Positions 1-9,577 of a stretch of 64,000 nt of DNA are shown in pieces. Numbering within the stretch: position 1 is the stretch's first letter; the number at the start of each line of letters is the position of its first letter. Origin of the DNA: Brumimicrobium sp. (lineage in GTDB: Bacteria; Bacteroidota; Bacteroidia; Flavobacteriales_D; Crocinitomicaceae); NCBI GenBank assembly GCA_965656195.1, contig CBFHJL010000001.1, forward strand, positions 11,715-75,714, written 5' to 3'. The notes beneath the pieces were generated by a model that saw nothing but the letters and a program-made list of their open reading frames with translations, ran no database searches and was not told the DNA's origin. Both the position numbers and the translations under genes were made by a program.

Positions 1-133
1 AAGCAGAAATATGCTTAGTGAATTCAGGATTTACTTTGAATTCTCCTGGGTCATCATCGCTGCATCGTGTCGTTAATAATGATGTCGCTATAACTGAAAG
101 CGAGATTAGGGTAAGGCGAAATAGTTTATTCAT
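1..133 (-). CDS. 5' fragment of a lipoprotein running off the left edge; possibly alpha-2-macroglobulin (MG2) family
   Basis: Not in ORF track. ATG at 133, 8 nt after the stop of the upstream - strand gene; reads MNKLFRLTLISLSVIATSLLTTRC-SDDDPGEFKVNPEFTKHISA. Signal peptide, Cys and acidic SDDD; NPxFxxxISA resembles Bacteroidota A2M N-termini (recalled, unverified). Confidence 0.5.
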   Translation of the reverse strand, partial: MNKLFRLTLISLSVIATSLLTTRCSDDDPGEFKVNPEFTKHISA

Positions 134-141
134 AGGATTTA

Positions 142-1194
142 TTATTCTCTGTTTAACCAGTATTCTATTAATTGTTCAGTATTTTCTGCTTTTTGATCGA
201 CCAGTTTTTTAGGCTCTTCAAGACTGTGCAGCGTCCATTTATTGTCTGACTGAAAAGCAATGCCGTACATGTAATCTAAATTGATTATTTCATAATTATC
301 ATAAGCAGGGGTGTAGTAAATATGGCCTTCATCATCACTCAAGCCAACTTGATTGTCTTTCCAAAGGATAATAATTCGTTGATCGTCATTTCCAATGATG
401 CTGTCATAAGAGGTGTCAAGCGTTAATTTACTGCCTCCTATATCGTGAAATACTCCCCATTTTTTATCTTTCTTGCTTCTTACTTTGTAGAACTCATCCA
501 TATTTTCGAGTGGCTCAATCAGATCTACTTTGAGTTTTTTTCTAATTTCTTGGAAGTTAGGAACGAAGTTTAACGTCCAGATTGCTTGGTTAATATCGTT
601 CTTGTTTTCATATATAGGAGGTACAATGATTTTAATCTCAGATTCAGTGATCCCAATGACTCCCCATAATCCATCTTCTTGGACATAGAATTCCGCAATA
701 GGGTAGGCTTCTGAAAATCTATATCCTTTAGCATCTTTCATTTCTTGGATAAACCATTCTTTATTTTTCCATATGATTTTATCCCATGCGTCCTTTTTCC
801 TATTCTCTTTTTGGATGTATGTGTTACCGAAAACAATCTTTTCCTGACCTTTAAATTTTCCAAAGGTAATACCAGCTAGGCTGGAGGTCTCTGTGAAAAA
901 AGCGATCTCGTCAAGATCCTTCTTGTACACAAATTCTACCTCTCCGTAAAGCATTAGATTTTGCTTTCCATTTTTTCGTGTAATTCTAATTGGATAATCA
1001 ACGTCCATGAATTCGCTAATCTCGAATTCAATAGCATCAACAGCCGAAAGAAATTCACTTTTCTCCTCTTTATCCATACCTTGATATATGTTATATTCAA
1101 CATCATCAATGAAATAGGGTATGGTGTCTTGAGCATACGCAGAGTAACTCACTAGGAATAAGGCGGAAAGAATTAGTGAACGTATAAAAATCAT
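142..1194 (-). CDS. Secreted hypothetical protein with WG-like beta repeats
   Basis: Start moved to ATG 1194 (MIFIRSLILSALFLVSYSAYA|Q signal peptide). C-terminal half has repeated units DGLWGVIG..IIVPPIYE, KKWGVFH..LDTSYDSI, NQVGLSD..YTPAYDNY. Confidence 0.6.
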   Translation of the reverse strand: MIFIRSLILSALFLVSYSAYAQDTIPYFIDDVEYNIYQGMDKEEKSEFLSAVDAIEFEISEFMDVDYPIRITRKNGKQNLMLYGEVEFVYKKDLDEIAFFTETSSLAGITFGKFKGQEKIVFGNTYIQKENRKKDAWDKIIWKNKEWFIQEMKDAKGYRFSEAYPIAEFYVQEDGLWGVIGITESEIKIIVPPIYENKNDINQAIWTLNFVPNFQEIRKKLKVDLIEPLENMDEFYKVRSKKDKKWGVFHDIGGSKLTLDTSYDSIIGNDDQRIIILWKDNQVGLSDDEGHIYYTPAYDNYEIINLDYMYGIAFQSDNKWTLHSLEEPKKLVDQKAENTEQLIEYWLNRE

Positions 1195-1289
1195 GTTCCT
1201 AAAAGTACTCAGTTCCAGAAAAGTAGACGGGTACTTCGCTGTGTTAGTTATGAACAAGTATAAAGTAGTTATTCACGATTATAGAGAAA

Positions 1290-1694
1290 CTAATCGTCAG
1301 TTTTTGAAGCGCGAGACTTTCTATTGATTTCTTGCTGTGACTCTGAACTGCTCAATTCATGGGTGTCCATATTGTATTTTCCTTTAAGGTCATCTCTAAG
1401 GGACTTTTTCCACAACGGAACTCCAACGAAGTAAGAGGCTCTTCCAATAAGATGAGCGCCGATGGGTGCTGTAAGAAGAAGAAAGACAATTATGGCGACA
1501 GCCCTTGTTGTTATTGAGGTTTCCATATAGTGTAGCGCCATTCCTGCGAGTATCATGCCTACACCAAGCGTTGCTGCTTTCGTAGTGACAGATATGCGTA
1601 AGAAGAGATCAGGCATTCGTAATAGCCCAACTGCTGCCAGTAAAATAAATAAGGCTCCTAAAGAGATCAGTATGACAACAATAACATCATTCAT
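1290..1694 (-). CDS. mnhG: Na+/H+ antiporter subunit G
   Basis: GLLRMPDLFLRISVTTKAATLG and LLLTAPIGAH motifs; start set at ATG 1694, overlapping the mnhF stop. Confidence 0.92.
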   Translation of the reverse strand: MNDVIVVILISLGALFILLAAVGLLRMPDLFLRISVTTKAATLGVGMILAGMALHYMETSITTRAVAIIVFLLLTAPIGAHLIGRASYFVGVPLWKKSLRDDLKGKYNMDTHELSSSESQQEINRKSRASKTDD

Positions 1695-1962
1695 TTTTTT
1701 TACGTTTTTCGAGATAATATGAGAAGGCAACAGTACCAAGAAAAGCAATCAAAGCAAAGATCATAGCGATATCGAGAAAAGATTGTTGATCTGTAATTAT
1801 AGCATAAACAGCTATTGTAGATATACCAATGGTAATGAGCAAATCTAAAGCAACTACTCGATCAGATAGCGTTGGCCCCATCAAGAAACGAATAAAAACC
1901 AATAGGGCTGAAAAACTCAATATTGGTAAGATGATATATGTTAAATAGAGTTCTATCGTCAT
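1687..1962 (-). CDS. mnhF: Na+/H+ antiporter subunit F
   Basis: GPTLSDRVVALD motif, 3 TM, 91 aa, operon position. Confidence 0.93.
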   Translation of the reverse strand: MTIELYLTYIILPILSFSALLVFIRFLMGPTLSDRVVALDLLITIGISTIAVYAIITDQQSFLDIAMIFALIAFLGTVAFSYYLEKRKKNE

Positions 1963-2435
1963 CTCAATATGCTTAATATTCTTCGTTCGAACCCATGCTT
2001 TATTCCATCTATGAATTCGTCTTTGTCGTTAATGTACATCGCATGGATGTATAGCACCTTCTTGTCTTCAGAAATGTCTAAACTGAGGGTTCCTGGTGTT
2101 AAGGTGATTACGTTGGCTAAAAAGGTGATCTCTAAGTTAGTCTCGGCATCGAGTGGATACTCTATAATACCTGGAGTCATATAGAACTTTGGAGTGATAA
2201 CATCTGCAGCAACTTGTATGTTTGCTTTGATAAGTTCATAGATAAAGTAGAAAACAAAGCCAATCATTCTCGGTGCGATTCTAAAGTATTTTCTACTCCT
2301 TTGATTCCGACTTACGATCCAAAGTACTAAAAAGCTGAGCACAAAGCCGAAGATGAAGTTAGTTGTTGCAAGACTTCCCGTTAGAAAGACCCAAACAACT
2401 GTCAATAATATGTTTAGTAAGAATTGTACTTTCAT
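1959..2435 (-). CDS. mnhE: Na+/H+ antiporter subunit E
   Basis: LIKANIQVA, LANVITLTPGTLSLD motifs. Confidence 0.94.
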   Translation of the reverse strand: MKVQFLLNILLTVVWVFLTGSLATTNFIFGFVLSFLVLWIVSRNQRSRKYFRIAPRMIGFVFYFIYELIKANIQVAADVITPKFYMTPGIIEYPLDAETNLEITFLANVITLTPGTLSLDISEDKKVLYIHAMYINDKDEFIDGIKHGFERRILSILR

Positions 2436-3955
2436 GGTGTACCTTCTTTTGGTTGTATTACGGATTCTACATATTGCTCTGGGTGCATTAAATCACTTCC
2501 TATTCTTTCTGCTACTAATTGAATGTGTTCAGCGAAAATACTATAGTAGAGTATAACTAAAACTAACACCATTATTGGAACGATCATTGACGCTTTCTCT
2601 TTGAAATTAAACTCCTTAAAGTATTTTAGTTTCTCTAGTTTATCGGTTTTTCGAGCTTCTTTGGCGAAAATACTATTCCATACTTTGGCGATGATGACCA
2701 ACGTGATCAAACTTGCAAATATGAATACGATCAACATTGGAATAGAGTTCATTTGATAGCTGGCTCCAAATAGAGAAAGTTTCGGCCAGAAACCAGAGAG
2801 AGGAGGAATTCCAACCAAGGCAAACAACGGAACAGCAAACAATACGGAAAGTCTTGGATAGTCGTTCATTAATCCTCCCATGTTATAGAGTTTAGTGTTT
2901 CCAAATATGCGAAAGAAGACTCCTCCAATCATGAAAAGTGTTGCTTTCACAATGATGTCATGAAACATATAAAATACAGCTCCAATCAATGCGATTTCTG
3001 TGAATAGACTGAGTCCACCGATCATAAATCCAATATGGCAAATGATCAGGTAGGAAAATACACGAATCACATCTTTTTGGACTAATGCTCCAATGCCTCC
3101 AAAAAAGACTGTGAAACCTGCAATGACCATCAGTATGTCTTGATTTAGGCCTCCTAGTGGAAAAATTAAGGTAAATACTCTAATCAATGCATATACACCA
3201 ACTTTCGTGAGTAGTCCGCCAAATAGTGCTGATACCGCTGCTGGAGGTGTGTGATAGGAGGCAGGTAACCAAAGGTAAAGCGGGAATACTCCAGCCTTAA
3301 CCCCAAAACCTATCATGAAGACAAGAGAAATGGTTTGTATTAATCCTTTATTTTCTATCGTAGGTATGATTTGAGCAAGTTCCGCCATATTTAGTGACCC
3401 CGTAACTCCATAAAGCATTGCGATACCTGTTAGAAATACAATAGAGGATAGCATGTTTAGTGTAAAGTACTTGACTGCTCCTTCAATCTGTATTTTACGT
3501 CCTCCAATTGTCAAAAGCACAAAGGAGGAAATGATAATAACTTCAAACCAAACGTATAAATTGAATATATCGCCAGTCAAAAACGCTCCAGAAAGCCCCA
3601 TGATTAAGAAGTGAAAAATGGCGTAGTAACCAAATTTTACGCGTGCAGATACCATGTTTGAATTGGAGTAGATTGAAATTACAAAAGCGACAATGCTGGT
3701 GAGCAGAACTAAAGTGACTGCGAGTGTATCCCCAACTAAAGAGATTCCAAAAGGAGCTTCCCAGTTACCGAGTTGAATGACTTGAATTCCTTCACTCCAG
3801 ACTTGATTAAACAAAAGACCGGCGATTAGGATTGCTACAGCACTTCCGATGATGCTGATGATGCGTTGCACAGCTGGTTTTCTCCAAAAGAACAGCAGTA
3901 CAATGGCAATTAGTGCTTGCGCTATAATGGGCAATATGATCAAGTGTTCACTCAT
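2432..3955 (-). CDS. mnhD: Na+/H+ antiporter subunit D
   Basis: [38 protein letters not shown]; NuoM/N-like polytopic protein. Confidence 0.94.
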   Translation of the reverse strand: MSEHLIILPIIAQALIAIVLLFFWRKPAVQRIISIIGSAVAILIAGLLFNQVWSEGIQVIQLGNWEAPFGISLVGDTLAVTLVLLTSIVAFVISIYSNSNMVSARVKFGYYAIFHFLIMGLSGAFLTGDIFNLYVWFEVIIISSFVLLTIGGRKIQIEGAVKYFTLNMLSSIVFLTGIAMLYGVTGSLNMAELAQIIPTIENKGLIQTISLVFMIGFGVKAGVFPLYLWLPASYHTPPAAVSALFGGLLTKVGVYALIRVFTLIFPLGGLNQDILMVIAGFTVFFGGIGALVQKDVIRVFSYLIICHIGFMIGGLSLFTEIALIGAVFYMFHDIIVKATLFMIGGVFFRIFGNTKLYNMGGLMNDYPRLSVLFAVPLFALVGIPPLSGFWPKLSLFGASYQMNSIPMLIVFIFASLITLVIIAKVWNSIFAKEARKTDKLEKLKYFKEFNFKEKASMIVPIMVLVLVILYYSIFAEHIQLVAERIGSDLMHPEQYVESVIQPKEGTP

Positions 3956-4305
3956 TCAATATCGTCTGTAGTGTTCATTGCGTCAATGTCGTCTGTTTGA
4001 ATGACTTTGTATGCCCTTTTAATAAGAACTATGGCAAAGGACTGAAGACCAAAGCTGATCACAATAGCTGTCAAAACTAAGGCTTGTGGAACCGGATCTG
4101 CATAAAGTCCTTCAAGGTGATGCGCTTCTTTAGCTATAATTGGAGGTTTTCCTTTAACGAGTCCTCCCATAAGGAAAATTAAAAGATTGACCCCATTTCC
4201 AAGAAGAACGATACCAATGATTAGCTTTACGAGACTTCGGCGCAAGATGAGGTATATTCCTCCTGCGTACAAAACTCCAGTCATAATTGCTAATAGTATT
4301 TCCAT
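3952..4305 (-). CDS. mnhC: Na+/H+ antiporter subunit C
   Basis: [17 protein letters not shown] motif. Confidence 0.95.
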   Translation of the reverse strand: MEILLAIMTGVLYAGGIYLILRRSLVKLIIGIVLLGNGVNLLIFLMGGLVKGKPPIIAKEAHHLEGLYADPVPQALVLTAIVISFGLQSFAIVLIKRAYKVIQTDDIDAMNTTDDIE

Positions 4306-4307
4306 TG

Positions 4308-4721
4308 CTACGCTTTTTCTGAAATTGTGAATATTATGGTTAGACTTACCCCTACGACAACTAAGTAAACTCCAGTGTCAAAAAATAATGCACTTCCTAT
4401 TTTGCCAATTACAGGAATTTCATTTGGATACCACAAACCAGTCATTACGGGTAGGTCTTGAAAAAGTAAAGGTGCAACAGCACTTGCAAAGGCAAGGAGA
4501 AGACCTACGGGAATCAAAAATCCTGGATGTATGCGCAGAAGGTATCGAGTTTTACTCAGTCCATTTGCAAAAGAGTGTACAATGAAAGCAATAGAGGCAA
4601 TAAGACCTCCGATAAAACCACCTCCGGGTAAATAGTGGCCACGCAACAATACAAACACTGAGAATAAGAGTAACAGCGGGAGTAGCGTTTTAGAAACAGT
4701 TGTGAATATTATGCTTTTCAT
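4308..4721 (-). CDS. mnhB: Na+/H+ antiporter subunit B
   Basis: [14 protein letters not shown] and FDTGVYLVV motifs. Confidence 0.95.
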   Translation of the reverse strand: MKSIIFTTVSKTLLPLLLLFSVFVLLRGHYLPGGGFIGGLIASIAFIVHSFANGLSKTRYLLRIHPGFLIPVGLLLAFASAVAPLLFQDLPVMTGLWYPNEIPVIGKIGSALFFDTGVYLVVVGVSLTIIFTISEKA

Positions 4722-4724
4722 GCT

Positions 4725-7031
4725 TTATTTCTCATATTTTTTAAGATACAATTTTAATAAGGCAAATACACCAATGGCAGCAATTGATAATACAATGATC
4801 TCAATCATAGTATCAAACCCTCTGAAATCAACAAGTATTACATTTACAACGTTTTTTCCCTTTGCAAGTTCATAGGCATTTTCTGCATAAAATTCTGTGG
4901 TGCGCTTGACTGGAGTTTCATTCATGATCTCAATAATCGTAAATGCGAGGAAGGTTCCGAATGTAGTCGCGATAATTCCATCTCTAATTCTGTTTGTGTT
5001 GTTGGAAAGCTTCAGATACTTCGGTAAACGATAGAGTACCAATACAAATAGAATGACAGTGAGTGTGTCAATGGAGAACTGTGTCATGGCAAGATCCGGA
5101 GCTCCATAGAACATGAATATAAAACATATTGAATATCCTAAAACCCCCATTCCTGCAATTGCGGATAATCTTGATCTTGTGAGCACCGTGTAGATTACTG
5201 AGACAAACATGATAATACAGATAATAATTTCGGAAACCTCCAATCCTTTGATGTCTTTTAAGCTTAAGAAAACCCTCGGGTTGATAAAAACATGGATCCC
5301 AAAAACTATAGTCAAAATAACGAGCATGATCATCACATACCTTCGTAGATAGCCATTCTGAAATATGCTCGTCAAAAAGAATGAAAATTTCTGGAAATAG
5401 TCTGTTCCTTTTAGTAAGATAGTTTTAGGGGCTATCCTATCTAGGTTTGAGATGGCTCGTACTTTTTTATGCGAAGTATTCCATAGGAAATAGAGTATAA
5501 GCCCACCGCCAATAGTAATGGCGCTTAATAACAAAACAATTGTGAAGCCATGCCATAGCTTTAGATGAGGGCTAGATCCAGAGCTCAATTGTTCGGAGAT
5601 TGATCCTGTGAATGAGGTTTCTATAATTCCAGGGAATAACCCGAAAAGAATTCCTGTGATTGCCAGAATTAATGGGGTGATCCAAAGAATGATATGAGGC
5701 TTTTTGACTGCTTCTGTCTTTGCTTTTGTTGGACCTAAGAAAGGACGTACACCAACCATGAATCCTGCGAAGACCATAAAAATATTAGTGATTACGGCAA
5801 TTGTGGTCAATACAGCTACTGAACCACCGTGAAGTGTCGCTTCATAGATTAGGTCTTTTCCCAGAAAACCAACACTCGGAGGTATACCAGCACTTGAAAT
5901 AGCGGCTAACATGCCGGCAATAAACAAAGGGAAGAGGAACTTTTTTAATCCACCGAGTTGTGTGATGTCACGAGTTCCTGTTTGATGATCAATTGTACCG
6001 GTGATCAAGAATAGAGATGCTTTGTATAATGCGTGGACGATTATAAATACAATGGCAGCTGTTAATGCAATAGGGGTTCCAATTCCAATGAGAAATATAA
6101 TGATTCCTAACGCCCCAATGGTTGAATAAGCCAATATTCCTTTGAGGTCTGTTCGAAATAGTGTGTGTAAGCCACCAAATAACATTGTAATAGATCCAAC
6201 TGTAATCAGAGTGGTATGGAAAACCTCATTTCCTGAAAAATGTGGGGAAAATCGAAGGAGTAAATAAATCCCCGCTTTGACCATCGTTGCTGAATGGAGG
6301 TAAGTAGAAACAGGGGTTGGTGCTTTCATTGCTCCAGGAAGCCAAAAATGAAATGGGAATTGCGCGGATTTCGTAAAGGCTGCTAAAAACAAAAAGACGA
6401 GTAAAATGGGTGTAAATGTACTTTCATTTAGTGCTTCTGGGGAGGATAGCATCTCTGATATCGAATAAGTTCCAGTTAACCCACCTGCCAAAACCCCAAA
6501 AGCTAGAAGACAAAGTCCACCAAATCCAGTTATACCAAGAGCAATGATTGCAGACTTTCGAGAGGTTCGTTCAGTATTTTTAAAGTTGATCAAAAAGAAA
6601 GAACTAATGCTGGTAAGTTCCCAAAAAACAAATAAGGTGATTAAATTGTCAGAGGTGACCAGGCCTAACATTGACCCCATGAATATGCTCAAGTAAATAT
6701 AAAACCTTGAAAGGTGCTTATGACCTCTTAGGTATTTCATTGTATACAAGAAGACGATACTTCCAATTCCTGTAATGAGCAGTGTAAATAAAGAAGATAG
6801 CGAATCTAGACGAAGGTCAAAGTTAACTCCAGCAGATGGAACCCACGAGGTGTGGTAATGAAAGATTACTCCTGATGAGGTGTCGCCTAGAAAACCTAAG
6901 AAGTAGATGAAAAGAGCTATAGGGAGTATTGAGGCAAACCACGGGATTCTTTGAAATGTCTTTTGTCCTATGCCAAATAATAGGATGGCAAATAGGAAAC
7001 TAGACAATATGACGAATAAGAGTGTCGACAT
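4725..7031 (-). CDS. mnhA: Na+/H+ antiporter subunit A
   Basis: FWELTSISSF, TKSAQFPFHFWLPGAMKAPTPVSTYLHSATMVKAG, GAPDLAMTQ, NVILVDFRGFDT. Confidence 0.95.
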   Translation of the reverse strand: MSTLLFVILSSFLFAILLFGIGQKTFQRIPWFASILPIALFIYFLGFLGDTSSGVIFHYHTSWVPSAGVNFDLRLDSLSSLFTLLITGIGSIVFLYTMKYLRGHKHLSRFYIYLSIFMGSMLGLVTSDNLITLFVFWELTSISSFFLINFKNTERTSRKSAIIALGITGFGGLCLLAFGVLAGGLTGTYSISEMLSSPEALNESTFTPILLVFLFLAAFTKSAQFPFHFWLPGAMKAPTPVSTYLHSATMVKAGIYLLLRFSPHFSGNEVFHTTLITVGSITMLFGGLHTLFRTDLKGILAYSTIGALGIIIFLIGIGTPIALTAAIVFIIVHALYKASLFLITGTIDHQTGTRDITQLGGLKKFLFPLFIAGMLAAISSAGIPPSVGFLGKDLIYEATLHGGSVAVLTTIAVITNIFMVFAGFMVGVRPFLGPTKAKTEAVKKPHIILWITPLILAITGILFGLFPGIIETSFTGSISEQLSSGSSPHLKLWHGFTIVLLLSAITIGGGLILYFLWNTSHKKVRAISNLDRIAPKTILLKGTDYFQKFSFFLTSIFQNGYLRRYVMIMLVILTIVFGIHVFINPRVFLSLKDIKGLEVSEIIICIIMFVSVIYTVLTRSRLSAIAGMGVLGYSICFIFMFYGAPDLAMTQFSIDTLTVILFVLVLYRLPKYLKLSNNTNRIRDGIIATTFGTFLAFTIIEIMNETPVKRTTEFYAENAYELAKGKNVVNVILVDFRGFDTMIEIIVLSIAAIGVFALLKLYLKKYEK

Positions 7032-7036
7032 GGTGG

Positions 7037-7044
7037 CAAAAATA
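7037..7044 (-). promoter_or_regulatory. -7 promoter box TATTTTTG, 5 nt upstream of the mnhA ATG
   Basis: Matches the Bacteroidota TAnnTTTG consensus. Confidence 0.55.
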
Positions 7045-7125
7045 CAAGTTTAATCGTGCAATGTCTAGTAATAACGGCATGAATACGATATTGTTCGTAT
7101 CAAAAAGCAGTGCAATTGATGATCT

Positions 7126-8442
7126 TTATTTTCTGCGTCTTTTCTTTTTGAAATTTTTGCGTTTTGCTTTGTCTCGCGGTCGAAAGTTCTCCTTCTTATT
7201 TTCTTTTTTCTTTTCCTGGAATTTTTCCCCTTCGCCAACAATGTGTGTTGGGTTAATAATAGAAGGTGCGTCATGAATATCTGGTTCAACTTCTTCTGGG
7301 ATCTTAGACTCACTTTTGGACACTTCTTCCGGGAAGTCGAGTGAGTTTATCTTAGCATCCATAAAAGATTGTATTCCAGTAAATAAACTTTCTTCTTCTA
7401 AAGTAACAAATGAAATAGATGTTCCGCGTTGTTCTGCACGACCTGTTCGTCCTATTCGGTGAATATATTGCTCTTTTTCGCTTGGTAAATCAAAGTTGAT
7501 TACGTGACTGACATTGTCGATATCTATACCTCTTGAAACAAGATCTGTAGCAACAATTCCTTTCAATTGATCAGACTTGAATTCTTGAACCATTCGCATT
7601 CTGAAGTTCTGAGACTTATTGCTATGAATCACCCCAAACTGTTCTGGGTAATCAGCTTCCAATCTATCGTGGAGAATATCTGCAAAACGTTTTGATTGCG
7701 CAAAAATGAAGCAACGCATTTCTGGGTTGGTATCAATGATGTGACGCAGTAAGTTGTACTTCGTATTGAAGTTCTCTGCACGATAGGCTGTTTGTTCAAT
7801 ATTTTCCAATGGAGTTCCTGAAGGTGCAGCAATAACATGTTCGCTTAATCCAAAGAAAGTATTGACGATTTCATCGACATCATCTGAAAGCGTTGCAGAA
7901 AATAGAAGATTCTGACGTTTTTCAGGCAATAGGTCAAAGATTCGCTGCAGTTGAGGGCGGAAACCGAGATTAAGCATTTCATCACACTCATCTACTACGA
8001 GCTTCTTGACCAGTTTTAAGCGTAAAATTCCAGTCATCGCTAAATCGTAGAATCTTCCCGGTGTTCCGACTAAAATATCGCAACCCGCATGAACAGCTTT
8101 CTTTTGCGTATTCATATTTGTTCCTCCGTAAACAGCTAATGTTTTAACGGAAAGATATTCGCTCAATTTATTGGATTCTTCTGCAACCTGGATAGCGAGT
8201 TCTCGAGTAGGAACGAGTATAACTACACGGGGCATTTTCTCTTCAGAGTATTTGAGATCTCTCAATATGGGGAGAAGATAGGCCAAGGTTTTTCCTGTAC
8301 CTGTTTGAGCTATACCTATAACGCTTTTTCCCGCTAAGACCTTTGGGATAGCTTTCTCTTGAATGGCTGTTGGCTCCGTGATATTCTGCTCATTCAGCGC
8401 AGTCATCAATTGTTTAGGAAGCTTTATATCTTCAAATCTCAT
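7126..8442 (-). CDS. DEAD/DExD-box RNA helicase with DECD motif II and Lys/Arg-rich tail
   Basis: Q-motif, AQTGTGKT, PTRELA, DECD, SAT, RGID, HRIGRTGR. Confidence 0.93.
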   Translation of the reverse strand: MRFEDIKLPKQLMTALNEQNITEPTAIQEKAIPKVLAGKSVIGIAQTGTGKTLAYLLPILRDLKYSEEKMPRVVILVPTRELAIQVAEESNKLSEYLSVKTLAVYGGTNMNTQKKAVHAGCDILVGTPGRFYDLAMTGILRLKLVKKLVVDECDEMLNLGFRPQLQRIFDLLPEKRQNLLFSATLSDDVDEIVNTFFGLSEHVIAAPSGTPLENIEQTAYRAENFNTKYNLLRHIIDTNPEMRCFIFAQSKRFADILHDRLEADYPEQFGVIHSNKSQNFRMRMVQEFKSDQLKGIVATDLVSRGIDIDNVSHVINFDLPSEKEQYIHRIGRTGRAEQRGTSISFVTLEEESLFTGIQSFMDAKINSLDFPEEVSKSESKIPEEVEPDIHDAPSIINPTHIVGEGEKFQEKKKENKKENFRPRDKAKRKNFKKKRRRK

Positions 8443-8444
8443 AA

Positions 8445-9008
8445 TTAGCGAATCACTTCTACGTTATTATTACTTCCAATTTTAATGATGGAAGAAGGTG
8501 AGGTCATAACCTCTTTTAATCGTTCGTTCAGGATCATGTCAACACCATCCTTAATTGATTGTTCTACGTTTTCAAACCCTGTAGGAGAAGGAGAGCCAGA
8601 AACATTAGCACTCGTTGATACCAGAGGACATCGTATTCCTTGAATCATACGTTGGCATGATCGGTCACTTGTAACACGAATACCTAAAGAGCCATCTTTT
8701 GCAAGTACTTCAGAGCTGATACCCATGGGTTGGTCATAAATGATTGTGGTAGGCTTTTCACTAAAGTCAATGATATCATAGCATACCTCAGGAACCTCTT
8801 TCACTGATCGTTCAAGCATCGCTACATTATTAACGAGTACAATAAACGACTTATCAACTGGTCTGTTCTTTAGCTCTTTTATGCGTTTTACAGCCTCATC
8901 ATTAGTTGACATGCAGCCCAATCCCCAAATCGTATCGGTTGGATAGAGGAGTGTTTTTCCCTCTCGCAGCCCAGCAATGGCTTCTTTTATATTTACAAAT
9001 TGTCCCAT
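8445..9008 (-). CDS. tsaC: L-threonylcarbamoyladenylate synthase (TsaC/YrdC/Sua5 family)
   Basis: PTDTIWGLGC, KxR..K, STSANVSG; start set at ATG 9008, 1 nt after the upstream stop. Confidence 0.88.
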   Translation of the reverse strand: MGQFVNIKEAIAGLREGKTLLYPTDTIWGLGCMSTNDEAVKRIKELKNRPVDKSFIVLVNNVAMLERSVKEVPEVCYDIIDFSEKPTTIIYDQPMGISSEVLAKDGSLGIRVTSDRSCQRMIQGIRCPLVSTSANVSGSPSPTGFENVEQSIKDGVDMILNERLKEVMTSPSSIIKIGSNNNVEVIR

Positions 9009-9009
9009 T

Positions 9010-9498
9010 TTATTCTGATCCATGAATGTGTACATCATTGTGACGTTCTTCTATTTCGTCCTTCACCTTTTTAATCGATCGGGTTAAAAGAAATATATCC
9101 TGAGATGCATGTCTGTTGAGCCATTTAAATCCATTCACATCATCATCGATTGCAATAGCCATGTGATAAAGCAATTCAAATCCATTCCTTTTAAGCCATG
9201 TTAAGGCTTGTGCATTTCCTTCGGATCCATTGATCATAGCCATAATATGAGGGTAGCCGTTTTCCATGAGCCAATCCCTAGCCTTATCCTTTAGTTTAAT
9301 GGCATGTGTAGCCATCACTAATTCTTCAAAGCCACTTTTGTACAAAAAATCCAATAAATCAGTATTGCCTTCAATTCCTTTTGCCCATGCCAAAATAATT
9401 TTCGGATGGTATTCGAAAGGCTTTACTTCAAGCTTACTAGGACGTTTCCCCTCTTTATCTCCCTTATACTTCTTTTTACGTCTGAAAAGACCTGCCAT
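9010..9498 (-). CDS. Hypothetical protein with four 25-aa helical repeats
   Basis: F51/W76/W101/W126 spaced exactly 25 aa; co-oriented and abutting tsaC. Confidence 0.75.
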   Translation of the reverse strand: MAGLFRRKKKYKGDKEGKRPSKLEVKPFEYHPKIILAWAKGIEGNTDLLDFLYKSGFEELVMATHAIKLKDKARDWLMENGYPHIMAMINGSEGNAQALTWLKRNGFELLYHMAIAIDDDVNGFKWLNRHASQDIFLLTRSIKKVKDEIEERHNDVHIHGSE

Positions 9499-9552
9499 AC
9501 TTGATTTTTTTGCGAAATTAGTGAATAATGCCGACGACTTTTAATAATACAG

Positions 9553-9560
9553 TAACTTTG
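9553..9560 (+). promoter_or_regulatory. -7 promoter box TAACTTTG
   Basis: Consensus match upstream of the thioesterase gene. Confidence 0.55.
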
Positions 9561-9577
9561 TTTTAAAATCAAGGGAA

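Noticed and set aside
18-212. + strand 64-aa ORF from the track
   Set aside because: Antisense to two better-supported - strand genes (lipoprotein start at 133 and the 142-1194 gene).
7022-7313. Short ORFs 7022-7276 (+) and 7065-7313 (-)
   Set aside because: Alternative frames of the A-rich helicase tail; no motifs, no independent promoter.
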